DNA from: an uncultured Enterobacteriaceae bacterium
GTDB lineage: Bacteria > Verrucomicrobiota > Verrucomicrobiia > Verrucomicrobiales > V1-33
Direction of reading: 5' to 3'
Assembly (NCBI GenBank): GCA_964596095.1
Contig: CAZQUC010000001.1
Location: 833-64,832 of the forward strand
Length of the DNA stretch: 64,000 nucleotides
The notes under the pieces are model-generated. The model made no database searches. It was not told the DNA's origin and worked only from the letters and a program-made list of their open reading frames with translations. Positions 26,421 through 35,700 of the stretch are shown here, one piece after another (positions within the stretch are counted from its first letter, which is position 1; each line of letters starts with the position of its first letter). The translations under genes were made by a program, and so were the position numbers.

Positions 26421-27158
26421 ATGCTCCGTGCCGACGAGGAAACCCTGCCGGACGCCAACCGTGCCCGGTTTCCGGACACGCGCTGGACCCTGCTCGACGC
26501 CGTGCGCGCGGGCGGTGAGACGCGTGAGCACGCGCTGAACGGTGTCTGCGCCCGCTATTGGTTCCCGCTCTATGCCTGGCTTCGGCGCTCGGGGCACAGC
26601 CACGAGGACGCGGAGGATCTGGTGCAATCGTTCCTCGCGCGCCTCACGGCCGGCGAAGCCTTCGACCGGCTCGAAAAGGAAGGCGCCCGCCTCCGCACCT
26701 GGCTGCTTCATCTGCTGAAGAATCATGTCATCAGCGCGTGGCGGCGCGACCGCACGCGGCGGCCTCATGGCGACTTCGAGGCGCCCCTCACCGGGGCCGG
26801 TCAACGCTACGCCGCCATCGCCGACGTCGGCGGAACGCCCGACGAGACCTTCGACCGGCAGTGGGCGCTGGAGATTCTCGACCGGGTGCTCGCCGCACTG
26901 CGGGCGTCCTACGCCGAGGCGGGGCGCGAGGAGTGGTTCGTGGCCTTGCAACCGGCGCTGCTGCAGACCGGCGCGCATGTCGGCTTTGCCGCGATCGCCG
27001 CGCGTCTCGCCATCACCGAGAATCTCGCCCGCGTGACCGCCTTCCGGATGCGCAAGCAACTGCGGCAAGGGATCGAGGACGAAATCCTGCGCCTCTCCGG
27101 AGGAGCCGATGCGGCAAAGGAGGAACTCGCCGTCTTCCGCGCCGCGCTCGCCCGTTAG
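26421..27158 (+). CDS. ECF-type RNA polymerase sigma factor (type B, copy 1; kinase-associated family)
   Basis: 245 aa. TRWTLLDAVRAGGETREHALNGVCARYWFPLYAWLRRSGHSHEDAEDLVQSFLARL is region 2. The C-terminal HTH is FAAIAARLAITENLARVTAFRMRKQLRQ. Directly downstream of the kinase gene. Confidence 0.85.
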   Translation: MLRADEETLPDANRARFPDTRWTLLDAVRAGGETREHALNGVCARYWFPLYAWLRRSGHSHEDAEDLVQSFLARLTAGEAFDRLEKEGARLRTWLLHLLKNHVISAWRRDRTRRPHGDFEAPLTGAGQRYAAIADVGGTPDETFDRQWALEILDRVLAALRASYAEAGREEWFVALQPALLQTGAHVGFAAIAARLAITENLARVTAFRMRKQLRQGIEDEILRLSGGADAAKEELAVFRAALAR

Positions 27159-27166
27159 GGCATGGA

Positions 27167-30154
27167 TCACCCCTCCCAATCCAGCCCCAGCCCGCGCAGG
27201 TGCCGGCGCAGGAAGGCGAGGTCCCACAGTTGGGTGAAATGCCCTTCGGTGGCGATGGCGAAATGGCGGCCATCGGGGGAAAAGGCGAAGCCGGAGATGA
27301 TGAAGGGCAGCGGGCTTTCCAGGGTGATCAGCTCGCGCTGCGTGGCGGTGTCATACACGCGCGCGACGGTGCGCGACCACGCCATCGCGAAGAGCCGGCC
27401 ATCGGGCGAGAAGGCGAGGGGCGCGCTGAGATCGTCGCGATGCGCGCGCGGGAAAACCGGGCCGCGCGCGCCGGTGTCCGCCTCCCACCACGACACCTCG
27501 GAACCCGCACCCAGCGCGCACCAGCGGCCATCAGGGGAAAAGGCCACCTGCGCCCGTCCGTAATCACGGGGTGTTTTCCAACGGAGTTTTCCGGTGCGCC
27601 AATCCCAGGTTCCGGCTTCGGCATTGGTGTGGTGGAAGCTGGCCGTCAGGAGTTTGCCGTCAGGACTGAGGACGGCGCGCCAGGCGGCGAGCGGTTGGGG
27701 GAGGCGATGCTCGGTTTCCTGCTGCCAGACCACCAGATCATCCCCCCCGGGCCAGGTGAAGAGCGGTCCTCCCGGCGTGTCGAGGCACGAGCCGAAGCCG
27801 ACCACTCCCCGCGGCGAGAACACCTGCGGCGCGGCTTGTGGTGCAAAGACCCATTCAGAACCATCCCGGCGCAGCGGATGGACGAGCGCGCCCCGCGCCC
27901 CCAGCGTGAAGAGCTTTCCTTCGGGGAGAAACGCGACGCTGGTGCAGCGGTCGCCTGGCAGGAAACCGGCCAGGTTCCGCCCGTCCGCGCTCCACAGCCG
28001 GACTCCGTCCTGGCTGGCGGTGGCGAGCGTGGAACTGTCGGCGCTGAACGCGACGCCGCGCGGCCCCACCGCATCTTCGCGGAAATCGTCCGGTTTCGGC
28101 TCGGTCAGCCAATGACAGGCGCGGGCGGATTCCACTTCAAACACTTCGGCGCTTTCATCCACGGGCGAGTGCTGGACCAGCCAGCGGCCGTCCTCGCTGA
28201 AGCTCGGGCGCATGCCCCAGCCAGGCGCGGAGACCAGCAGGCCGAGCGAAGGCGCGTCCCACAGCCGCGTGGTGCCGTCCCAACTGGCGGTGGCGAGCAG
28301 ATTTCCCTGTGGATGCCAGGCCACGCCGACCACCACGTTGTGGTGCCCGCTGCCTGTGCGCAGCACCACCGGCCGCGGACCGTCCGTGGCCCACACCCGC
28401 ACCAGACGGTCGAGGCCCGCGGTGGCGAGGCAGCGCCCGTCCGGACTCCAGGCCACATCCAGCACCGCTTCGGGATGCGGCAGCTCGCCCAGCGACGCGC
28501 CGTCGGCGGCGTTGAAAATCCCGACCGAGCGCGAGTGCAGGGACTGGATGGCCAGGGCCTTCCCGTCCGGCCGCCAGGCCAGCCCGTTCGCGCGCCACGG
28601 CGCCTCCCAGCGGGCCAGTTCCGCGCGGCGCGCCAGATCGTGAATGATCACGGTCTTCCCCTCCGCCGGAACGGCCAGCCGTCCACCGGTAATGTCCAGC
28701 GCGGGCTGTGCGGAGAGCGGCAGCTCCGGCAGTTCCAGCACCAATTCCTTCCGGCTCACCGCCCACACGTCCACGCCGGGCCGGTCCGTCCAGGCCGCGA
28801 CCAGATGGCCCGCCGCATCGAGAACCGTGAGGCGCGCCACCTTCCCCCTCTCCGCGCCCATGACCTCCGATTCCGCCGTGCCTTTGGCAGAGAAGCGCTG
28901 GAAGCCCCCGCCTTCGACCGCCCGCCATTGGGAAGGTTTCCCTTGTGCTCCAAAGGCCGCCGTTTGCGCCGGAGCTGGAGTCCACTCCACGGGCCGCCCA
29001 TCCGCCAGCGCCAGCACGGCGGCGGCTTCGTTGCGCAACGCCGGCGTCGGCTGCTCCCGCGCGGCCTCTTGCAGCGTGGCCCAGGAATCGAAACGGCAGC
29101 CGCTCTGCCCGCTGTGCCGGCCCGCGCGGATGCGCGCGAAGCGCGCCGCGGCCAGTTGCGTCCGGGCTGCCGCCTCCGCGTGTTCGATGCGTTCCCGTGC
29201 CTGCCGTTCACTCCGCCGCTGCCTCTCCGTGAGGCCCCACGCGCCCACCGCCAGCACCGTCGCCGCGCCCACCGCCAGGCCGGCCCGCGCCAGCCAGCGC
29301 ACCCGCCGCTCCAGCCCGCGCACGCGCCGCACGGACTGGCCGCTTTGCAACAGGGCCAGCTCCGCCTGCAAGGCTGCCGCTGATGCGTGCCGCTTTTTCC
29401 AGTCCTCATCACACGCCCGGTAAATAACCTCCATCATTTCGATCTGCGGCGCCTTCGTGGCGTCCCCCACCCAGGCCGCGGGCAGCGTCGGATACTCCAG
29501 CCGGTCGCGCCCGGTCATCATTTCATAAAGCAGCTTGCCCAGCGCGTAGAGATCGGCCTGCGGCGTGCCGCCCCCCTCCACCGGCATAAACCCCTCTGTG
29601 CCCACCAGCGAGCGCGATTCCGAGGATTCCGCCACCAGGCCGATGTCCGCGAGTTTGGCGCGCCCATTGACGAAGATGATGTTCGAGGGCTTCAAATCGC
29701 GGTGCAACAGGCCGCGCTCGTGCAGAAAATGCAGCGCCGCCACCAACGAGAGCGCGATGTCCAGGCACTCCGCCGCCGGCAGCGCCCCGCGCCGGTCGAT
29801 CTCGCGGCGCAGCGTGCGCGGCTGATACGTGGCGGGATCGAACTCCGTGCCGGCCTCCGCGTCATCCGCCAGCTCCATCACGTAAAAAAAGCCCTCATCG
29901 CCCGGCAGCCAGCCCGCGTGCAGAATCTGCACCAGCGATTCGTGGGAACGGGACACCGGCTCGAACCGTTGCAACCCCGCCAGCTCCCGCTCAAAGGGCC
30001 GCGCCCGCTCGAACGACTCCTGCCGGATGATCTTCACCGCGCGGAAAACCCCCATGATGTTCCGCGCCAGCCACACCTCGCCATAACTGCCGCGCGCCAC
30101 GCGCCGGAGCAATTCGTGGTCCGGGATCACTGGATGAGACGGCGGGTTTTCCAT
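27167..30154 (-). CDS. Ser/Thr protein kinase with C-terminal WD40 sensor (type A, copy 2; paralogue of 7523..10546)
   Basis: 995 aa. The kinase half is near-identical in motif order to copy 1 (ARGSYGEVW, FRAVKII, HRDLKPSNIIF, ADIGLV). The WD40 half is clearly more diverged. Shared C-terminus ...ESPLPFIISGFAF...IATEGH...WDL.FLR..LR.LGLDW. Confidence 0.9.
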   Translation of the reverse strand: MENPPSHPVIPDHELLRRVARGSYGEVWLARNIMGVFRAVKIIRQESFERARPFERELAGLQRFEPVSRSHESLVQILHAGWLPGDEGFFYVMELADDAEAGTEFDPATYQPRTLRREIDRRGALPAAECLDIALSLVAALHFLHERGLLHRDLKPSNIIFVNGRAKLADIGLVAESSESRSLVGTEGFMPVEGGGTPQADLYALGKLLYEMMTGRDRLEYPTLPAAWVGDATKAPQIEMMEVIYRACDEDWKKRHASAAALQAELALLQSGQSVRRVRGLERRVRWLARAGLAVGAATVLAVGAWGLTERQRRSERQARERIEHAEAAARTQLAAARFARIRAGRHSGQSGCRFDSWATLQEAAREQPTPALRNEAAAVLALADGRPVEWTPAPAQTAAFGAQGKPSQWRAVEGGGFQRFSAKGTAESEVMGAERGKVARLTVLDAAGHLVAAWTDRPGVDVWAVSRKELVLELPELPLSAQPALDITGGRLAVPAEGKTVIIHDLARRAELARWEAPWRANGLAWRPDGKALAIQSLHSRSVGIFNAADGASLGELPHPEAVLDVAWSPDGRCLATAGLDRLVRVWATDGPRPVVLRTGSGHHNVVVGVAWHPQGNLLATASWDGTTRLWDAPSLGLLVSAPGWGMRPSFSEDGRWLVQHSPVDESAEVFEVESARACHWLTEPKPDDFREDAVGPRGVAFSADSSTLATASQDGVRLWSADGRNLAGFLPGDRCTSVAFLPEGKLFTLGARGALVHPLRRDGSEWVFAPQAAPQVFSPRGVVGFGSCLDTPGGPLFTWPGGDDLVVWQQETEHRLPQPLAAWRAVLSPDGKLLTASFHHTNAEAGTWDWRTGKLRWKTPRDYGRAQVAFSPDGRWCALGAGSEVSWWEADTGARGPVFPRAHRDDLSAPLAFSPDGRLFAMAWSRTVARVYDTATQRELITLESPLPFIISGFAFSPDGRHFAIATEGHFTQLWDLAFLRRHLRGLGLDWEG

Positions 30155-30213
30155 GGCGGTGGCGGTTGAAAGGGGTGAAGAACGTCAAGTCATCGTGGCG
30201 GGGAGTGTGAGGC

Positions 30214-30837
30214 TCAGCCGGGTTTGCCCTCGCCCAGGGTTTTCAACCGCTGTCGCAGCAGGCGCTCCGCGCGGTGCCTCACCACATACACCAGCCCTCG
30301 GTTGACACCCAGCAGCCGCGCCACCTCCGCCGCCGGCCGTTCCTGCAACACGCACAGATCGAAAATCGTGTATTGCCGCGGGGAAATCCGCCGCCGCAGC
30401 CATTGCAACGCCATCTCCAGCAAATGCCGCTCCCATTCCTGCTCATAGCGGTCCTCCATCGCCTCCAGCGGCTCCGCCTCCGCAGCCCCGGTTTCGACGT
30501 ATTCCCGCAGATGCGACCGCTCCCGCCCCTGCTTGCGGAGAAAATCCACCAACCGCCGGCGGACCACCGTTTTCAGCCAGCCTTTGAACGATCCTTTGGC
30601 CGGATCGTAATGAAACTCCTTCATGCCCCGCGCCACCGCCACCAGCGCCTCCTGCGCCACCTCCTCCGCGTCCGCCCCGCGCAATCCCGCATGACGCACC
30701 ATCGCCAGGATCAGGCCGTGGTAGGAATCATAAAACCGCTGCCACCCTTCCCGGTCATCCCAGCGTTTCAGCCGCGTCAACAGGCTGCGCCGGGTCGGCA
30801 AAGAGTCGGTCGAAGAGGAATGTGGCTCGTCCATCAT
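30214..30837 (-). CDS. ECF-type RNA polymerase sigma factor (type A, copy 2; paralogue of 10567..11181)
   Basis: Start set at ATG 30837 (MMDEPHSSSTDSLPTRRSLLTRLKRWDDREGW), matching the MMEEP start of copy 1. Regions 2 and 4 are conserved (EEVAQEALVAVARGMKEFHYDP..., AAEVARLLGVNRGLVYVVRHRAERLL). Confidence 0.9.
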   Translation of the reverse strand: MMDEPHSSSTDSLPTRRSLLTRLKRWDDREGWQRFYDSYHGLILAMVRHAGLRGADAEEVAQEALVAVARGMKEFHYDPAKGSFKGWLKTVVRRRLVDFLRKQGRERSHLREYVETGAAEAEPLEAMEDRYEQEWERHLLEMALQWLRRRISPRQYTIFDLCVLQERPAAEVARLLGVNRGLVYVVRHRAERLLRQRLKTLGEGKPG

Positions 30838-30870
30838 GGACAGGTTCGCTCGCCAGCCGCGCATCTTACA
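30838..30870 (-). promoter_or_regulatory. Conserved upstream element, copy at sigma A2
   Basis: Minus strand: cctGTAAGATgcgcggctGGCGAgcGAACctgtccATG. The TAAGAT box ends 25 nt before the ATG. Confidence 0.45.
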
Positions 30871-31007
30871 GGAAAATCGCCTGCCGCACCTTTATTTGGC
30901 GCGGGTTGCTACGGACCGCTGGATCGGCGATGGATCTGCGTGGAGAGAAATACCGGCTTGGACGGATGGTGAAAGCGGGCTATCTGTCTTGGAGTGCTGA
31001 ACCCCAC

Positions 31008-31733
31008 ATGACGGAAGAGAAACCAGCGACGTTGTTCGTGCCGACCCGATGGACGCTGGTGCGGGCCGCGGGCGGGCCGGAGGGCACGGCTTCGCGCCGG
31101 GCGCTGGCGGAGCTGTGCGGGACGTATTGGCTGCCGCTTTATGCCTATGTGCGGAGGCGGGGCCACTCTCCGCAAGATGCGGAGGATTTGACGCAGGGAT
31201 TTTTCGTCCGGCTGCTGCGCCTGCAATCGCTCAAGGGCTTGCAGGCAAAAAGCGGGAAGTTCCGGGCGTTCTTGCTCGCCTCGATGAAGCACTATCTGTC
31301 CGACGAGAGGGACAAGGAACGGGCCGCCCGGCGTGACGCGCGCGTGACCGTCTCCCTCGATGCCGGGGCCGCGGAGCAACGGCTGCAGCACGATCTGGCT
31401 GACGAGATGACGCCGGAGCGCCATTACGACCGCCAATGGGCGCTCACACTGCTCGAAACCGTGGTCGAGCGGCTGCGCGCGGAGCATCATGCGGCCGGGC
31501 GGGGGGCACTTTTCGATGCCTTGCGCTTCGTTATTGCGGGCGATGAAGGGGCGGAGCCTTACGCCGCGGTGGCAGCACGGCTGGGACTGAGCGAAGAAGC
31601 GGTCCGCGTGGCGGCGCACCGTCTGCGCAAGCGCTACCGCGCGGTGCTGCACGAGGAGATCGCCCAGACGCTGGATGATCCTTCCCAGGTCGCCGATGAG
31701 CTGCGGGAACTGCGCCGGAGCCTGGCTTCGTAA
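31008..31733 (+). CDS. ECF-type RNA polymerase sigma factor (type B, copy 2; kinase-associated family)
   Basis: Start at ATG 31008 (MTEEKPATLFVPTRWTLVRAAGGPEGTASRRALAELCGTYWLPLYAYVRRRGHSPQDAEDLTQGFFVRLL). C-terminal HTH YAAVAARLGLSEEAVRVAAHRLRKRYR. Confidence 0.85.
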   Translation: MTEEKPATLFVPTRWTLVRAAGGPEGTASRRALAELCGTYWLPLYAYVRRRGHSPQDAEDLTQGFFVRLLRLQSLKGLQAKSGKFRAFLLASMKHYLSDERDKERAARRDARVTVSLDAGAAEQRLQHDLADEMTPERHYDRQWALTLLETVVERLRAEHHAAGRGALFDALRFVIAGDEGAEPYAAVAARLGLSEEAVRVAAHRLRKRYRAVLHEEIAQTLDDPSQVADELRELRRSLAS

Positions 31734-31888
31734 TTTTTTCTGTAACGTTTCCGGCCGGGTTCCTCTGAAGGAAATAGAGGACAACCATGACCGGCGACGA
31801 ATTGATCCACAACGCAGCTCTTTTTGCCCAAGGCATCCATCCGCGCGCATCTGCATTTTTGCAATGCCGGGAGCCGAAGAAAAGGGCT

Positions 31889-31905
31889 TTGCAAGCTGCT
31901 TGCAA
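31889..31905. promoter_or_regulatory. 17-bp perfect palindrome TTGCAAGC-T-GCTTGCAA
   Basis: Located in the 284-nt gap between sigma B2 and the secreted coiled-coil gene. A small hairpin GCATTtttgcAATGC lies 25 nt upstream. Confidence 0.3.
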
Positions 31906-32017
31906 CGTCCGTGACGGAGCCTCGTGGGCTTTCCCTCTTTCGTTTCCGCTGACGGCGGTTTCTTCCTCTTCAAGAGCGAATTCCTCAACCACTATCAAAA
32001 AAACAAGAACCAATAAA

Positions 32018-32662
32018 ATGAAAATCACTTCCACCGTTGCCGCCGCTCTCATCCTGTTTACTGCCGCAGGTAGTTCTAAGCTCAATGCTCAAGACGATCC
32101 CGCCGCCATGCGCGAACGCATCACCGCCCTTGAAAGGCGTTTGTCCGAGTTCGAAAGCAAAGAAGCCGATGAGAAATCCCATGTAAGACTCCGTGAGAAA
32201 AACAAACTCAACGCTCGCAAGCGCGCCTTGGAGGACAAGCGCCGCTACAAGCCGGATGAGATCGCCGAGATCGAAAGCCTCTATCAAGTCGCCAATAAGA
32301 AGTGGCGTTCCGACGAAGCCCGCGAAAGTCTGAAAAAGCTCCTGAAGAAATACGACGCGGCGAACCGCACGGGCTGCGCTCTGCTTTACATGGGACAGAT
32401 GAGCAAGGGGAAGGAGCGCATTGAATACCTTACCCGGGCGGTGGAGGAATTCAGCGATTGTTATTACTTCGACGGCTGCCAGGTCGGCGGATACGGACGC
32501 TATGTGCTGGCGCTGACCCTGTGGGAAAGTGGCGACAAGGACAAGGCGCTCGCCCTGCTCGGGGAGTTGCGGGAGAAATACAAGGAGGCCATCGATCACA
32601 AGGGGCGTCCCATGTCAGCCCTCGCAGACTCCGCTGAAAAAGAGCTTTCCGCAGAAAAGTGA
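32018..32662 (+). CDS. Secreted coiled-coil/TPR-like protein
   Basis: Start at ATG 32018 (MKITSTVAAALILFTAAGSSKLNAQ, signal peptide). Lys/Glu-rich coiled-coil, then a helical-repeat-like C-terminal half. Markedly lower GC (about 45-50% in sampled lines). Sits between the sigma and kinase genes. Confidence 0.7.
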   Translation: MKITSTVAAALILFTAAGSSKLNAQDDPAAMRERITALERRLSEFESKEADEKSHVRLREKNKLNARKRALEDKRRYKPDEIAEIESLYQVANKKWRSDEARESLKKLLKKYDAANRTGCALLYMGQMSKGKERIEYLTRAVEEFSDCYYFDGCQVGGYGRYVLALTLWESGDKDKALALLGELREKYKEAIDHKGRPMSALADSAEKELSAEK

Positions 32663-32725
32663 CCCGCTTCCGCTGCGACCACCCATATCTTCTCCTTTTC
32701 GGCGACACACACAATTCAAACTGCC

Positions 32726-35700
32726 ATGAGTGACGAGCCTCCGTCCCAGGACCAAACATCCCTTTGTCCGAAATGCCGCCGTCGTTTGGACGCGAGCCTG
32801 TTGATGGGTCTGTGCCCCGATTGCCTTCTGGCGGCGGGATTTTCCGCCGCACCGGAAACCGGAGGAGCAAGATCCTTCGACCCGCCCGCACCGGAGGATC
32901 TCGCGCCGGCGTTTCCCGAACTGGAAATTATCGAACTCCTCGGCCGTGGCGGAATGGGCGCCGTTTACAAAGCCCGCCAGCGGCGGCTGGACCGGCTGGT
33001 GGCGTTGAAAATTCTGCCGCCGGGCTTGGGGGACGATCCCTCCTTTGCCAGCCGCTTCGAACGCGAGGCCCGGGCGCTGGCGAAACTCCAGCACCCGAAC
33101 ATCGTCACCCTGTATGAATTCGGAGAAAGCACCGGGCAGTTCTACTTTCTGATGGAATACGTCGAGGGCGTGACCCTGCGGCAGTTGCTGAAAAAAGGCG
33201 GCCTTCCGCCACGCGAGGCGCTGGCCATCGTGGCGCAGGTGTGCGAGGCCCTGCAATTCGCCCACGAGCACGGCATCGTCCACCGCGACATCAAGCCGGA
33301 AAACATCCTCATCGACCGCAAGGGCGGCGTGAAGATCGCCGACTTCGGCGTCGTGAAGATCGTCGCCGGCGGGGAGGCTGACACCCTGGCAGCTTCCGTC
33401 GCCACGCCGGAGTTCGGCCAGACCGAGGCGGGGAAAGTCATCGGCACGCCGCCCTACATGGCGCCCGAGCAGAAGGAACATCCCGGTGATGTCGATCACC
33501 GCGCGGACGTGTATGCGCTGGGCGTGGTTTTCTACGAAATGCTCACCGGCGAGCTGCCCGGTCAGCCCATTGAGGTTCCTTCGGGAAAGATCGGGATCGA
33601 CGTGCGACTGGATGAGATCGTCCTGCGCGCGTTGGAGAAAGAACCCGCGCGGCGCTACCAGGAAGTCCGTGAAATGCGGACGAACGTTGAGACGATCGCC
33701 TCGACGCCCGAAGCCGGCAGGCCTTCCGGGAAGGCTGTCAAAGGCGGGGACTCGCGGAAGCTGTCGCGTCAATGGATGGGTGCTGTCGGAGGAGCGATGC
33801 TGGTCGGCACGCTCATTGCGGTTCTAATGCTGGCTTTGGGTCACTTCACGGCTGCGCTCGCCATCTTCGCCTCCGCGATTTCGTTCGCTGTTGTCTTTGC
33901 GGCGACCCGTTTGCTCATAGCACAAGAGCAGGCAACCATAGACAACGGTGATCCCGCGGAGTTTAACCGGGTTTCCGGAAAACGTATCCTGGCCTGGAGC
34001 GCGGCCGGCCTGCTGATTGCGGCTCTTGGCGTCGGCATGGTCGTTGTGGTGGCCGGAAAGCAGGAACTCCTCCGCCTGGCTGGAATGGCGATGGAAGCCG
34101 CGCCGCGTCATCCCATCAGGTCCGCGGCTCCGGAGCCGGTGGAATCCGCGACGGCGGCGGATGTCGAAGACGCGCTCCGCACCGCGATCACCGCCCGCAT
34201 GCGTGACGCGGGTTACGCCCCGGAATCGGTCTCCGTTTACGTCACCCCCGATTTGAAGAAAGCCGAATGCCGGCTGGGCAAGGTGTCAAAAGGAGGGTTG
34301 TTCTCGGAACCTTGGAACGGCTCATTTGAATTGCAGCCTCAAGGAGGCAATGCCTGGCGGGTGGAAGGCAAAGGAGAACTCCGCGCGCTGAAGTTTTCCG
34401 TAAACGTGCCCCCGGCAGGGCTCGGAGATTCCCTCCCGGAACGCGGCAACACCGAAGCCCGGATACGCTTTTCCGCAGAAAGGCAACTCTCGCTGGTGGA
34501 GGTCGCCGAGCGCGGCCAATTCCAACTGCTGAACCTGAACACTGGCGAATTCGAGCCTCTGCCGACGGACTTCCCGCAAAAATCCGACGAGGAACAGCAG
34601 CAATGGGTCCTGGAGAGCGGTGCGGATCTCATGCTGAGCCACTTTCCCAACGGGGATTGGGGATTGTTCACCATCGAGTCGAAAGCCGTCGAACTCGTCA
34701 AAGTTGACGACACACTCTGGCGGCAGGAGGGAATCGACACCGGGGAATTTGCGCGCCTGCTGAACTCCCCGCCGATGGCCTCGAAGAGCCTCAAGGGATT
34801 TCTCGGCTACGTGCTGAGCCGCGACCCCGAGCTGCCCATGACCTTCCTCTACCGGACCGCCGCCGGAACCACCGGGCTGCTCCAGATCACGGAGTTCACG
34901 AAAAATCCGCGTGCCGCCGAACTTCGTTTGAAGATTGCCGAAATCCCGCCCGGCGCTCTCAAGAAAAGCGTTTGGGAAATCGAAAAGGAATTCACCCTGT
35001 CGGCCATCGGCGGAGACTCTCCATCCCGGTTTCTGAATTTGCGCACCGGAGAATTCATTCCCCCTCCGGCTGATGTCGGAAGCTGGCCGGATGAGGACCT
35101 GAAGCAGTGGATGACACAGAATCCGGAGGTTCTCATCCTCACCCGGAAAGGCGACAGAGGATGGGAGCTGATCACCTACATCAAGCCGAATCAGGGCACC
35201 AGATTCCTCAAGATCGACGAACACCACTGGGAAGAGAAAAGCATTGATCAGGAAGAATTGATTCGCCTGATGACAACGCCAGAGAGCCTGCCCGTGGCGG
35301 GGGCTCCTCAAAGGGAAACAACAAGCCGGGGTTTTGTAACCCGAAGCGTAATGGTCTGGCCGGCGACTTTCCTTTTCCGCAGCCATGCCGGTATCACGAG
35401 TCTTCTCAGAATCGAGGAAATCACGGACCTTCCCGGCTCGGCAAAAATCATTCTCCGCACTCCCAAACGGGAAAGAAAAACCGAAATCGTTCCCGGGAAG
35501 GAGACTAAGCTCAAGGCTCCATCACCCGAGCTGCAAAGAGCGGTGGAGCGATTGGAGCAGGTGAGGAAACTGGCGGACGCCAACATGATTTCGCGGATGG
35601 AACTGCTCAAGGAGGAAGAGAAAGAGGCGTTGCTCCGGGCGAAAGAGGAAGGGAGCCCCGCACCCGCCATCGCCGCCATCAAGGTGCGCTTTGCCCGAGA

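Noticed and set aside
22637-26479. Minus-strand ORFs 22637..24412 (591 aa), 23758..24723, 24844..26010 and 24875..26479 (534 aa)
   Set aside because: They are antisense to the kinase B1 gene, are low-complexity Arg/Pro/Gly-rich, and mutually overlap in different frames.
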